25,775 bases of DNA from Verrucomicrobiota bacterium (GTDB lineage: Bacteria; Verrucomicrobiota; Verrucomicrobiia; Chthoniobacterales; UBA6821), in the NCBI GenBank assembly GCA_008932965.1, contig WBXG01000022.1, positions 1 through 25,775 on the forward strand. The letters are read 5' to 3'. The notes beneath the pieces are model-generated. The model saw nothing but the letters and a program-made list of their open reading frames with translations, made no database searches and was not told where the DNA came from. How positions within the stretch are numbered: the first letter of the stretch is position 1; each line of letters opens with the position of its first letter. Position numbers and translations under genes: made by a program. Of this stretch, positions 8,515-16,195 are shown piece by piece.

Positions 8515-9696
8515 ATGAAAAAAAAGAAAATTATCGTCTTAGGTTTTATGGGAGGATGCCCCATTGCAGGTGTTATCTGGCAGCACCTCCACTACATCAT
8601 AGGACTTCAGCGTCTGGGGCATGAAGTATTTTACGTGGAGGATACCTCCCGCTTTCCTTACAACCCTGCAACCTTTGATATTTCTGATGATTACAGTTAT
8701 GCAATTCAAACATTAACTGCATTATCCCAAGAATATAGCTTTGAAGGGAAATGGGCCTACTGTGCACGCTACCGTGATCCACTGGAAATAACTGGAATAG
8801 AGCACTCCAAACTCCTAGAGCTTTACCGCACATGTGATGCTGCTCTTAACATCTGTGGTTCCCATGATTTGAATGAGGATCTAAGTCTTATCCCCCATCT
8901 TCTCTACGTTGAAAGTGATCCAGGAGTAGAGCAAATTAAGATAGATCAAAAAAATCAAGCCACTATCTCTTTTCTTTCTAACCATGAACATCTTTTTACC
9001 TTTGGTGAGCATGTTGGAACGCCTTCTTTTGTAGTTCCAACACACGATTTCAAATGGCTTCCGACACGTCAACCCATTGTCACCTCCCTTTGGTGTAATA
9101 CTCCCGCTGCTCTACCACCAACCGAGGAAGCCCGCTACACCTCGATTTGCAATTGGTCCACTAGTGGCAAGAAAGATATTCTTTGGAATGACTCCAACTA
9201 CCTCTGGAGCAAGTCGCTGGAATTTTTAAAATTTGTCGAGGCTCCTAAAAAGTGTGGAGAAACTTTTGAACTTGCTTCTGATATCAAAAAGGAAGAGGAA
9301 CAGCAGCTTTTCTTAAACAACAACTGGCGATTGGTTTTACCACATGATTTAAGCACTCATTGGAAAAGCTATCATCATTATATCTCTTCTTCGAAGGGAG
9401 AATTCACCTGTGCCAAGGACCAATATGTTCGGCTTCATACCGGATGGTTTAGCGATCGGAGTGCTTGTTATTTGGCTGCAGGCCGGCCAGTCATCACCCA
9501 AGAAACTGGATTTAGCGATTTTTATGGCACTGGCTATGGGCTTGTTGGATTTTCTAGTATGGAAGAAATTGTAGAAGCCGCACGCTCCATCCAAGCTGAT
9601 TATGCAAAACATTCGCAAGCTGCTCTTGACATCGCTCGTGAGTACTTCGAAGCAGAAAAAGTACTTGAATCCTTGTTAGAGAGAGCGGGAGTTTAA
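8515..9696 (+). CDS. Uncharacterised GT-B-like protein, paralog 1 (putative glycosyltransferase)
   Basis: I trimmed the start to ATG 8515 (MKKKKIIVLGF...), 8 nt after the ABC stop. The longer ORF from 8362 overlaps the ABC gene. The N-terminus is GFMGGCPIAGV...LQRLGHEV. The C-terminus is GWFSDRSACYLAAGRPVITQETG, similar to the GT1/Glyco_trans_1_2 nucleotide-sugar lobe. It is a clear paralog of 9742-10935. Confidence 0.6.
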   Translation: MKKKKIIVLGFMGGCPIAGVIWQHLHYIIGLQRLGHEVFYVEDTSRFPYNPATFDISDDYSYAIQTLTALSQEYSFEGKWAYCARYRDPLEITGIEHSKLLELYRTCDAALNICGSHDLNEDLSLIPHLLYVESDPGVEQIKIDQKNQATISFLSNHEHLFTFGEHVGTPSFVVPTHDFKWLPTRQPIVTSLWCNTPAALPPTEEARYTSICNWSTSGKKDILWNDSNYLWSKSLEFLKFVEAPKKCGETFELASDIKKEEEQQLFLNNNWRLVLPHDLSTHWKSYHHYISSSKGEFTCAKDQYVRLHTGWFSDRSACYLAAGRPVITQETGFSDFYGTGYGLVGFSSMEEIVEAARSIQADYAKHSQAALDIAREYFEAEKVLESLLERAGV

Positions 9697-9741
9697 CCTG
9701 GATATTTCCTTTTTTAAAAAAAACCAAGAATACTCTTTAAA

Positions 9742-10935
9742 ATGTCTTTCCTCAAATCTACAAGAACTCCGCTACCACCTGTTTTTATTGGCTGTGGATT
9801 TGCAGCAAAATATCCGATGGGAGGTGGCAATTTTTCTGTTCCTTTGCAATACCTTCTTGGTCTCAAGCGTCTGGGTCGACGTGGCATCTGGCTTGAGGTG
9901 ATGCCGGAGACAGATGATCCTACACTCGATGCCTCGCGAGCACGGACCTTTACAAGACGCATGAGGGAGTATGACCTTGAATACTACCTCCTCATTCAAC
10001 CCAAAGCGTTTCAGAAAAAAAACCCGGAAGAATATCATCTCTCTCAAATGCAAAGCTTCGGAATGGATGTTTCTACATTACGTGAAGAGGCCAAGCATGG
10101 CATTCTTTTGAACCTGAGCTATTCTATCAAGGCCCCTCTCCTAACACTTTTTGAAAGGCGTTTACTCTGCAGCCTAGATCCAACAGAAGTTATTTTTTGG
10201 ATGAGTCGAATGGAGATGGGACAATCGTTTCATCATGAGTTCTGGTCAGTCGGCCTCTGCATGGAATCGATCGATTCCCGGATTCCAAAAGCCATTGTCC
10301 CTTGGAAATCTTTTTTTCCACTCGTGGATACAACCTTTCTTCAAGCACAACCCAAACCACTTTTTAAAACACGCCCCCGTTTTACTACTATTGGACAGTG
10401 GTACTGGGACGGAGCAATTGAAATCGAAGGAACCTATGTCGATTTTTCTAAACAAGCTGCCTTTGCTCCGTATCTCGAATTACCTCAAAAAGTTCCTAAT
10501 GCTATTTTTGAACTTGCCATGAATCTCAATAGTGACGATCCAGAACGAAAGCGCCTTCGTCAACTCGGATGGAACGTCGTCTCCCCTCACCGCTTGATGC
10601 CAACACCCAAGCGTTATTACGATTATCTTGCAGGTTCCCTTGCTGAATTTACTGCAGTCAAACTGGAAAGCAAAATGCAAAGTGGCTGGCTCAGTGACCG
10701 TGCAGCAGCCTACCTAGCCCAAGGTCGTCCAGTGATCACCGAACCAACAGGTGCAGAACAATTCCTTCCCAAAAAATCAAGTGAAAGTGGTCTTTTTTTT
10801 GTACAAACACTTGAGGAGGCCATTGAAGCATCACGCGAAGTCCTTCTTGACTGGCCCCATCTTTCGAAGTCAGCAAGAGCAACAGCAATCGAATATTTTG
10901 ATGCCTCACGAACATTGAAAAAAATATTGAACTAG
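9742..10935 (+). CDS. Uncharacterised GT-B-like protein, paralog 2 (putative glycosyltransferase)
   Basis: 397 aa. It shares LxGLxRLG, the F(T)TI..W block, the FELA block and GWLSDRAAAYLAQGRPVITEPTG with paralog 1. Its TAG stop (10933-10935) is formed at the junction with repeat copy C. Confidence 0.6.
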   Translation: MSFLKSTRTPLPPVFIGCGFAAKYPMGGGNFSVPLQYLLGLKRLGRRGIWLEVMPETDDPTLDASRARTFTRRMREYDLEYYLLIQPKAFQKKNPEEYHLSQMQSFGMDVSTLREEAKHGILLNLSYSIKAPLLTLFERRLLCSLDPTEVIFWMSRMEMGQSFHHEFWSVGLCMESIDSRIPKAIVPWKSFFPLVDTTFLQAQPKPLFKTRPRFTTIGQWYWDGAIEIEGTYVDFSKQAAFAPYLELPQKVPNAIFELAMNLNSDDPERKRLRQLGWNVVSPHRLMPTPKRYYDYLAGSLAEFTAVKLESKMQSGWLSDRAAAYLAQGRPVITEPTGAEQFLPKKSSESGLFFVQTLEEAIEASREVLLDWPHLSKSARATAIEYFDASRTLKKILN

Positions 10936-11113
10936 CTCGCATATTTCATACTGATCGTAACGAGAAGGCCGCGAAGGCTGATTGGGCAAGGCGAGCGATG
11001 AAGTCTGACGACATATGCTCGTGTGCACACTGCCTGAGGAGGACTTCGAGATCAACAAAGCATCTACCATGGATTTCCGGCTTCCGTAGATGATCGGTGT
11101 GAAATTTTCGGGC
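10935..11113 (+). mobile_element. MITE-like repeat, copy C (179 bp, complete)
   Basis: TIRs are GCTCGCATATTTCATACTGA and TCGGTGTGAAATTTTCGGGC. TA lies at 10933-10934 and 11114-11115. It sits inside the co-directional gene block, between paralog 2 and the SPT-like gene. Confidence 0.8.
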
Positions 11114-11231
11114 TAGAGCTTGCATTAGTCCTATTTTTGATTAGCATAATATTTTAGGATTTATTAAACACCACCAATCACACAAGTGGCACTCATTTTT
11201 GACTGTAACCGAGGAGCTCACCATCCACTAA

Positions 11232-12563
11232 ATGGCTAAAGATATTTTTAAAAAATGCCGTGAGTATCATGACTCACATGATGCACGAGCCCAGGGCTTT
11301 TACCCTTACTTTCGCTGCATCGATGATAGCTATGGTAATCATGTGATGTGTCAGGGTTCAGAGAAAATCATGATCGGTTCCAATAACTATCTTGGTCTCG
11401 CTCAAGATCCTCGTGTGATTGAAGCAGCATGTGACGCAACCCGACGTTTTGGATCAGGCTGTACTGGTTCACGTTTACTTAATGGAACAATCAGTCTTCA
11501 TGAAGAGCTTGAGGCTCAGCTTGCAAACTTTTTACAAAGAGAAGCGGTCCTTCTTTTCTCAACTGGCTTTTTTGCTAATCAAGGAGCCCTCACAGCACTT
11601 TTGGAGTCTGATGATTCCATTCTTTGTGATCGAGAAAACCATGCAAGCATTATAGAAGGATGCCAAACTTCTGTAGCACGATTGATTCCCTATCGTCACA
11701 ACTCTGCAGCGGCACTGCGGAACCGACTCAAACGACTTCCTGAGGAATCGGGAAAACTTGTGATCATGGATGGTGTCTTTAGCATGTCGGGTGATATTGC
11801 AGATCTCCCCACTTTATTACCAGTAATCAAAGAATATGATGGAATCACGTATGTGGATGAAGCCCATTCGCTGGGCGTGCTTGGCCCCCATGGCCGTGGG
11901 ACGGTCCATCACTTTGGAGTCAATGATGAAGTAGATATCGTGATGGGAACATTTTCCAAATCACTAGGTTCTATGGGTGGGTTTATTGCTGGATCTCACG
12001 AAATGATTGAGTTCTTAAAGCACAAGGCACGTTGCTTTATTTTCACAGCAGCACTTGCACCAGCTGTTGTTGGGGGCGTTCTCAAAGCCCTTGAAATCAT
12101 GCGTCAAGAACCAGAGCGAATTGATCAGCTTTGGGTCAATACAAGAAAAATGCATGAAGGATTTAAAGCGATTGGTTTTAATATCGGGTCGACACAAACC
12201 CCAATAGTTCCTATTTTGATTGGAAGTGAAGCCAAGGCCTTTATTTTTTCTCAAAGACTTTTTGAAGAAGGAATTTTTGCTACCCCTGCAATCTATCCCG
12301 CGGTACGCTATGGAGAAGCCATTGTTAGAACAAGCTTCATGTCGACACATACAGAAAATGATCTCGATTTGATATTAGAAATATTTGCAAAATTAGCCCG
12401 TGAACTAGGAACCTTCGATGATCCCGTCTATACAGAACCAGGCCGCCGCCGCAACGTTTTTGATTTTGCCTTGCCAGAGCACCATGGAGCTCAAGAAATT
12501 CGAGCAGATTCCGGAGTTGCTTCACTCGAAGAATCCGAACTTTACGCCACCGTTTCCCGGTAG
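11232..12563 (+). CDS. Alpha-oxoamine synthase, serine palmitoyltransferase-like (PLP-dependent acyltransferase)
   Basis: Motifs are FGSGCTGSRLLNGT, FSTGFFANQG, HASIIEGC, YRHNS..LRNRLKRLPEESGKLVIMDGVFSMSGDIA and DEAHSLGVLGPHGRG. The PLP-lysine motif is GTFSKSLG. KBL and BioF have GTLGKA/GTLSKA here, whereas Sphingomonas SPT has GTFSKS. A tail of about 45 aa lies beyond the family core. Confidence 0.8.
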   Translation: MAKDIFKKCREYHDSHDARAQGFYPYFRCIDDSYGNHVMCQGSEKIMIGSNNYLGLAQDPRVIEAACDATRRFGSGCTGSRLLNGTISLHEELEAQLANFLQREAVLLFSTGFFANQGALTALLESDDSILCDRENHASIIEGCQTSVARLIPYRHNSAAALRNRLKRLPEESGKLVIMDGVFSMSGDIADLPTLLPVIKEYDGITYVDEAHSLGVLGPHGRGTVHHFGVNDEVDIVMGTFSKSLGSMGGFIAGSHEMIEFLKHKARCFIFTAALAPAVVGGVLKALEIMRQEPERIDQLWVNTRKMHEGFKAIGFNIGSTQTPIVPILIGSEAKAFIFSQRLFEEGIFATPAIYPAVRYGEAIVRTSFMSTHTENDLDLILEIFAKLARELGTFDDPVYTEPGRRRNVFDFALPEHHGAQEIRADSGVASLEESELYATVSR

Positions 12564-13569
12564 TGTTGTTAAGCTCATCTCCCCTCAGGGAACCTTTTCA
12601 GAGCAACATGGAACAATTTTTCCATTCATTGCCTATGATCACGGTAAACCAGTAGGTCGAATTGCTGCGATTATTAATCGCTCTCATAATACCTATCACC
12701 AAGATAGAGTCGGCTTTTTTGGTTTTTTTGAGTGTGTGGATAATTCTCAAGTTGCCACTGCACTTTTTGATACAGCCGCAAACGTCCTTCGCGAAGAGGG
12801 AATGAGGCTCCTTCGAGGCCCCTATAATCCCTCGATTAACGATGATTGTGGATTACTTACCGAAGGGTTTCATGCTCCTACTTTCGTCTCAATGCCTTGG
12901 AATCCGCCTTATTATCGTGGACTCTATACTGAAGCTGGTCTTGAGTCCGTGCGGACCCTTTATGCATGGATGATCCCTCTTCAAGGAGAAACGCCAGCTC
13001 GGGTGAATAAAATTGTTGAACGGCTGCGCAAGCGTGCTCGTGTTAGTATTCGAAGCATTAATATGAAAAATCTCGAATATGAAATGACTGTTTTGCACCG
13101 TCTTTATAATGCTACACTGGATCGCAATTGGGGCTTCTACCCTATCTCATTAGAAGATCTTTTACATGCTGCGGAGGATTTAAAAGCTATTGCAGATCCA
13201 AGCCTCATTCTCTTTGCATGTATCGAAGATCGTGAAGTGGCCTTTAGTCTATCACTCCCTAATGTTAATGAACTCTTCCATGCAGCACGCCAGCGAAAAG
13301 GTCTTCTTCGTTTTTTAGAAATGGCATTGAGAGTTCAATTTCAAAAACCAAAAGATGCTCGCCTCTGTGTTCTAGGAGTCGACCCGGAACATCAAAACAC
13401 AGGTTTAAGTGCTCTTCTCTTCTATGAAGCCTACATTAGGACAAAAGCTCGCTATCAACGCTCTGAAGTTTCCTGGGTTGAAGCAAATAATACTGAAATT
13501 TTAGAGGGCGCCGCACTCATGGGTGGATGTAGGGATCGCACTTATGAGATTTTTGAAAAACCTCTTTAA
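12484..13569 (+). CDS. Large GNAT-superfamily N-acyltransferase-like protein (about 360-390 aa family, function unknown)
   Basis: The N-terminus FEQIPELL..NPNFTPPFPG and the block FFGFFECVD..QVA..LF..A resemble a widespread family annotated as 'GNAT family N-acetyltransferase'. I chose the start at ATG 12484. An alternative ATG at 12418 has a better AGGA Shine-Dalgarno. Either start overlaps the SPT-like gene (80 or 146 nt). Confidence 0.6.
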   Translation: MELKKFEQIPELLHSKNPNFTPPFPGSVVKLISPQGTFSEQHGTIFPFIAYDHGKPVGRIAAIINRSHNTYHQDRVGFFGFFECVDNSQVATALFDTAANVLREEGMRLLRGPYNPSINDDCGLLTEGFHAPTFVSMPWNPPYYRGLYTEAGLESVRTLYAWMIPLQGETPARVNKIVERLRKRARVSIRSINMKNLEYEMTVLHRLYNATLDRNWGFYPISLEDLLHAAEDLKAIADPSLILFACIEDREVAFSLSLPNVNELFHAARQRKGLLRFLEMALRVQFQKPKDARLCVLGVDPEHQNTGLSALLFYEAYIRTKARYQRSEVSWVEANNTEILEGAALMGGCRDRTYEIFEKPL

Positions 13570-13645
13570 CCCGGATGTTTCATACTAATCGTGACGAGGA
13601 GGTTGTGAAGTCTGATGGGGTGAGGCGGGCGATTAAAAAGTCTCT
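13569..13645 (+). mobile_element. MITE-like repeat, copy D (left half only, about 77 bp)
   Basis: ACCCGGATGTTTCATACTAATCGTGACGAGGAGGTTGTGAAGTCTGATGGGGTGAGGCGGGCGAT aligns with the left arm of copy C. There is no right TIR. TA at 13567-13568 is part of the TAA stop of the GNAT gene. Confidence 0.65.
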
Positions 13646-13657
13646 TCACAAAAAAAA

Positions 13658-14035
13658 CTATTTTTCTTTCTTTTGCTTGTCTGTTTTTGATGGAGGAGTC
13701 TTTTCTTTAAGAGGGCTCTTATGAGCAACTGTCGATTTTACTTCGCTCGTGGCTGAAGATTTTTTTTCTGAAGCAGGTGCTGTTGATACTTCTGAAGAAG
13801 TATCACTTTTAGCAGCACTTTTGTAACCTTCACTTCGATAATCAGTGATATAAAAACCAGATCCTTTGAAAATAAGACCGGCCCCTGCTCCAATTAATCT
13901 TTTCACTTTTCCTTTGCCCCATTTTTTCATCTGACAATGTTCTTTAGGACAGGTGCTATAAACATCAGAAGACATGGTTTGAAAAGCATCAAAATGATGG
14001 TGGCATTTGTGACATTCGTATTCGTAGGTAGGCAT
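13658..14035 (-). CDS. FmdB-family zinc-ribbon protein
   Basis: It starts MPTYEYECHKCHHHFD, with a second CxxxxC pair and the conserved GSGFYITDYRS motif. The C-terminal tail is low-complexity and S/K-rich. Confidence 0.8.
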   Translation of the reverse strand: MPTYEYECHKCHHHFDAFQTMSSDVYSTCPKEHCQMKKWGKGKVKRLIGAGAGLIFKGSGFYITDYRSEGYKSAAKSDTSSEVSTAPASEKKSSATSEVKSTVAHKSPLKEKTPPSKTDKQKKEK

Positions 14036-14183
14036 GGAATCAAGGGTCTAAGATAAATGATGGGAAAAAGGATTTCTATTTGAAAACGATTTTTAGGATG
14101 ATCTTACGTGTATAGGGTATTAAATTAAGAAGTGCAGGTTAGAATCATTGAATTTTTTCTTAGTATAAGGCCTCAGATGGAAG

Positions 14184-15224
14184 CTATCTACCAATGTCTC
14201 TCCTATCAGGAATGAGTTCTGCTATTTGAACTGCATTGAGGGCTGCTCCTTTGAGGAGCTGATCACCACAGACCCAAAAAGAGAGACCATGAGGAGTGGT
14301 ATAATCGACACGTAGCCTTCCTACATGGCATTGATCACATCCTTGTACCTCTAGAGGCATCGGATAAAGCCCCTTGGAAGGATCATCAATAAGATCTATT
14401 CCAGGAGCTGCTATTAAAGCATCTTGAGCTTTTGCTAATGAGAGAGGATTTTCAAATTCTGCATGAATCGAAATGGAATGGGCACGGTAAACAGGAACCC
14501 GAACGCATGTAACAGAAGCCTTCAGATTGGGAAGATGCATGATACGCTGGCTTTCATTCTGAAATTTCATTTCCTCTCGTGTGTAGCCATTATCTAAAAA
14601 AGAATCAATATGTGGCAGAAGATTAAAAGCAATTTGGTAGGGAAAGACGTCTGGCTTTACCTCTTTTTTGTGAGCTAATGCCACTACTTGGTTTTCTAAC
14701 TCTTCGATACCACGAGTCCCAATTCCAGAAACTGCTTGATAGGTCGAAGCAATCACACGAGATAATCCAAATTGTTGGTGCAAGGGATAGAGTGCCATGA
14801 GGGCAATTAATGTGGAGCAATTAGGATTAGCAATGATACCTTGATGAGTGAGGATATCAGCACCATTAATTTCAGGTATGACGAGCGGAACTGAAGGATC
14901 CATTCGGAAAGCTGAGGAATTATCAACCACGACAGCACCCGCACGTACTGCATCAGAAACATGTTTTTCTGAAATGGTTCCCCCTGCACTAAAAAATGCT
15001 ATATCGATTTCATCAAAACTTTCTTTTTCTAAAACCTCTACTGGGATCGATTGCCCCCGAAAAGACAATGATCTTCCCGCTGAGCGAGATGAAGCAAGCA
15101 ACCGAAGTTTTTTTATTGGAAAGTGACGCCGTTCTAAGACCCTTAGGAGTTCCTCTCCGACTGCTCCAGTAGCACCAACAATAGCTACATTTTTTGCTAA
15201 GCTAGATGATTTTTGTAAAAACAT
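14184..15224 (-). CDS. asd: Aspartate-semialdehyde dehydrogenase
   Basis: 346 aa. It has the N-terminal Rossmann motif VAIVGATGAVG, the active-site motif ANPNCSTL, and QAVSG.G. Confidence 0.92.
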   Translation of the reverse strand: MFLQKSSSLAKNVAIVGATGAVGEELLRVLERRHFPIKKLRLLASSRSAGRSLSFRGQSIPVEVLEKESFDEIDIAFFSAGGTISEKHVSDAVRAGAVVVDNSSAFRMDPSVPLVIPEINGADILTHQGIIANPNCSTLIALMALYPLHQQFGLSRVIASTYQAVSGIGTRGIEELENQVVALAHKKEVKPDVFPYQIAFNLLPHIDSFLDNGYTREEMKFQNESQRIMHLPNLKASVTCVRVPVYRAHSISIHAEFENPLSLAKAQDALIAAPGIDLIDDPSKGLYPMPLEVQGCDQCHVGRLRVDYTTPHGLSFWVCGDQLLKGAALNAVQIAELIPDRRDIGR

Positions 15225-15295
15225 TTATTATTTGAAGTAAGGGCGAGGAGTTTATTTCTTGCAGCCTCGGAGCTCAAGAATTAATCATAAAAAGA

Positions 15296-15784
15296 ATGAG
15301 CACTTCCATACCATATCATTACCTAAGAGTTAGTATTTCCAGGCAATGCCTTGAAGTTTTTCCTGGGAGAAATAGCAATGAAAAAAAAGAACCACTTGCC
15401 ATTTATAAAATTTCAAGCTCTCGATTTGGTCTAGGAACGGAAGCGGGAAGTTTATGCACACCGCTAGGGAGCTTCGTGATTGAGGAAAAAATTGGAGATC
15501 ATGCTCCCGAAAGAATGATCTTCGAAGCGAGAAAACCGATAGGCATTATTGCCAATCTAGAGGGAGAAGAGGATTATGTTTTAACACGCATCCTTTGGTT
15601 AAGTGGATTAGAACCTGAAAATGCTAATACTCGTGACCGTTACATCTACATTCATGGAACAAACCAAGAGAACCTTTTGGGTTCTCCTGCTAGCCACGGC
15701 TGCATTCGTCTTGCTAATACTGCGATGGTAGAACTCTTCAACATTGTTCAAGAAGGTGATCTTGTTGAGATTATTGCCTCATGA
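15296..15784 (+). CDS. L,D-transpeptidase (YkuD) domain protein, no obvious signal peptide
   Basis: The catalytic motif is IHGT...GSPASHGCIRL. The protein is 162 aa and its N-terminus lacks a hydrophobic segment. Confidence 0.8.
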   Translation: MSTSIPYHYLRVSISRQCLEVFPGRNSNEKKEPLAIYKISSSRFGLGTEAGSLCTPLGSFVIEEKIGDHAPERMIFEARKPIGIIANLEGEEDYVLTRILWLSGLEPENANTRDRYIYIHGTNQENLLGSPASHGCIRLANTAMVELFNIVQEGDLVEIIAS

Positions 15785-16004
15785 TGGAGCCATTCCTTAA
15801 GCCATGATAGCCCTAGAAGGAGCGATACAGACTACTCTGATTAGTTTCAAAAACTACATCCGGACTAGATTTAGGATGGATCCAAGAGTCAAGAAAACTT
15901 CTAGTAAAAATAAAAATTCGTTTTTAAAAATTGTCCACTTGCAGGTAGAGGCTAACTAGTTTTAGATGAAGGCTAGCAACCAGCTTCGAAAGGAGGCGAA
16001 ATTC

Positions 16005-16121
16005 ATGAAAATCACAAAAATTATTGCACTCGTCGCTTTAGCGGCAGCAGCTCTTACACTTGGAGCATGTCAGTGCCACAAACAGGCACCAGCACCAGCA
16101 ATGACTGGACGTTCCAAATAA
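16005..16121 (+). CDS. Small putative lipoprotein (38 aa), absent from the supplied ORF track
   Basis: ATG lies 7 nt after AGGAGG. The product is MKITKIIALVALAAAALTLGACQCHKQAPAPAMTGRSK, a signal peptide with lipobox LGAC. A hairpin terminator follows. Confidence 0.55.
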   Translation: MKITKIIALVALAAAALTLGACQCHKQAPAPAMTGRSK

Positions 16122-16159
16122 GAGACATCGGATTTTTTATCTGGTGATTTACTTTAGGA

Positions 16160-16195
16160 GGTCGGGCAACTTATGTTGTCCGGCCTTCTTTTTTG
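16160..16195. terminator. Terminator hairpin shared by convergent genes
   Basis: GGTCGGGCAAC (16160-16170) pairs with GTTGTCCGGCC (16175-16185), with two G-U pairs and loop TTAT. It is followed by TTCTTTTTTG on the + strand. The 753-aa gene on the minus strand ends at 16196. Confidence 0.6.
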
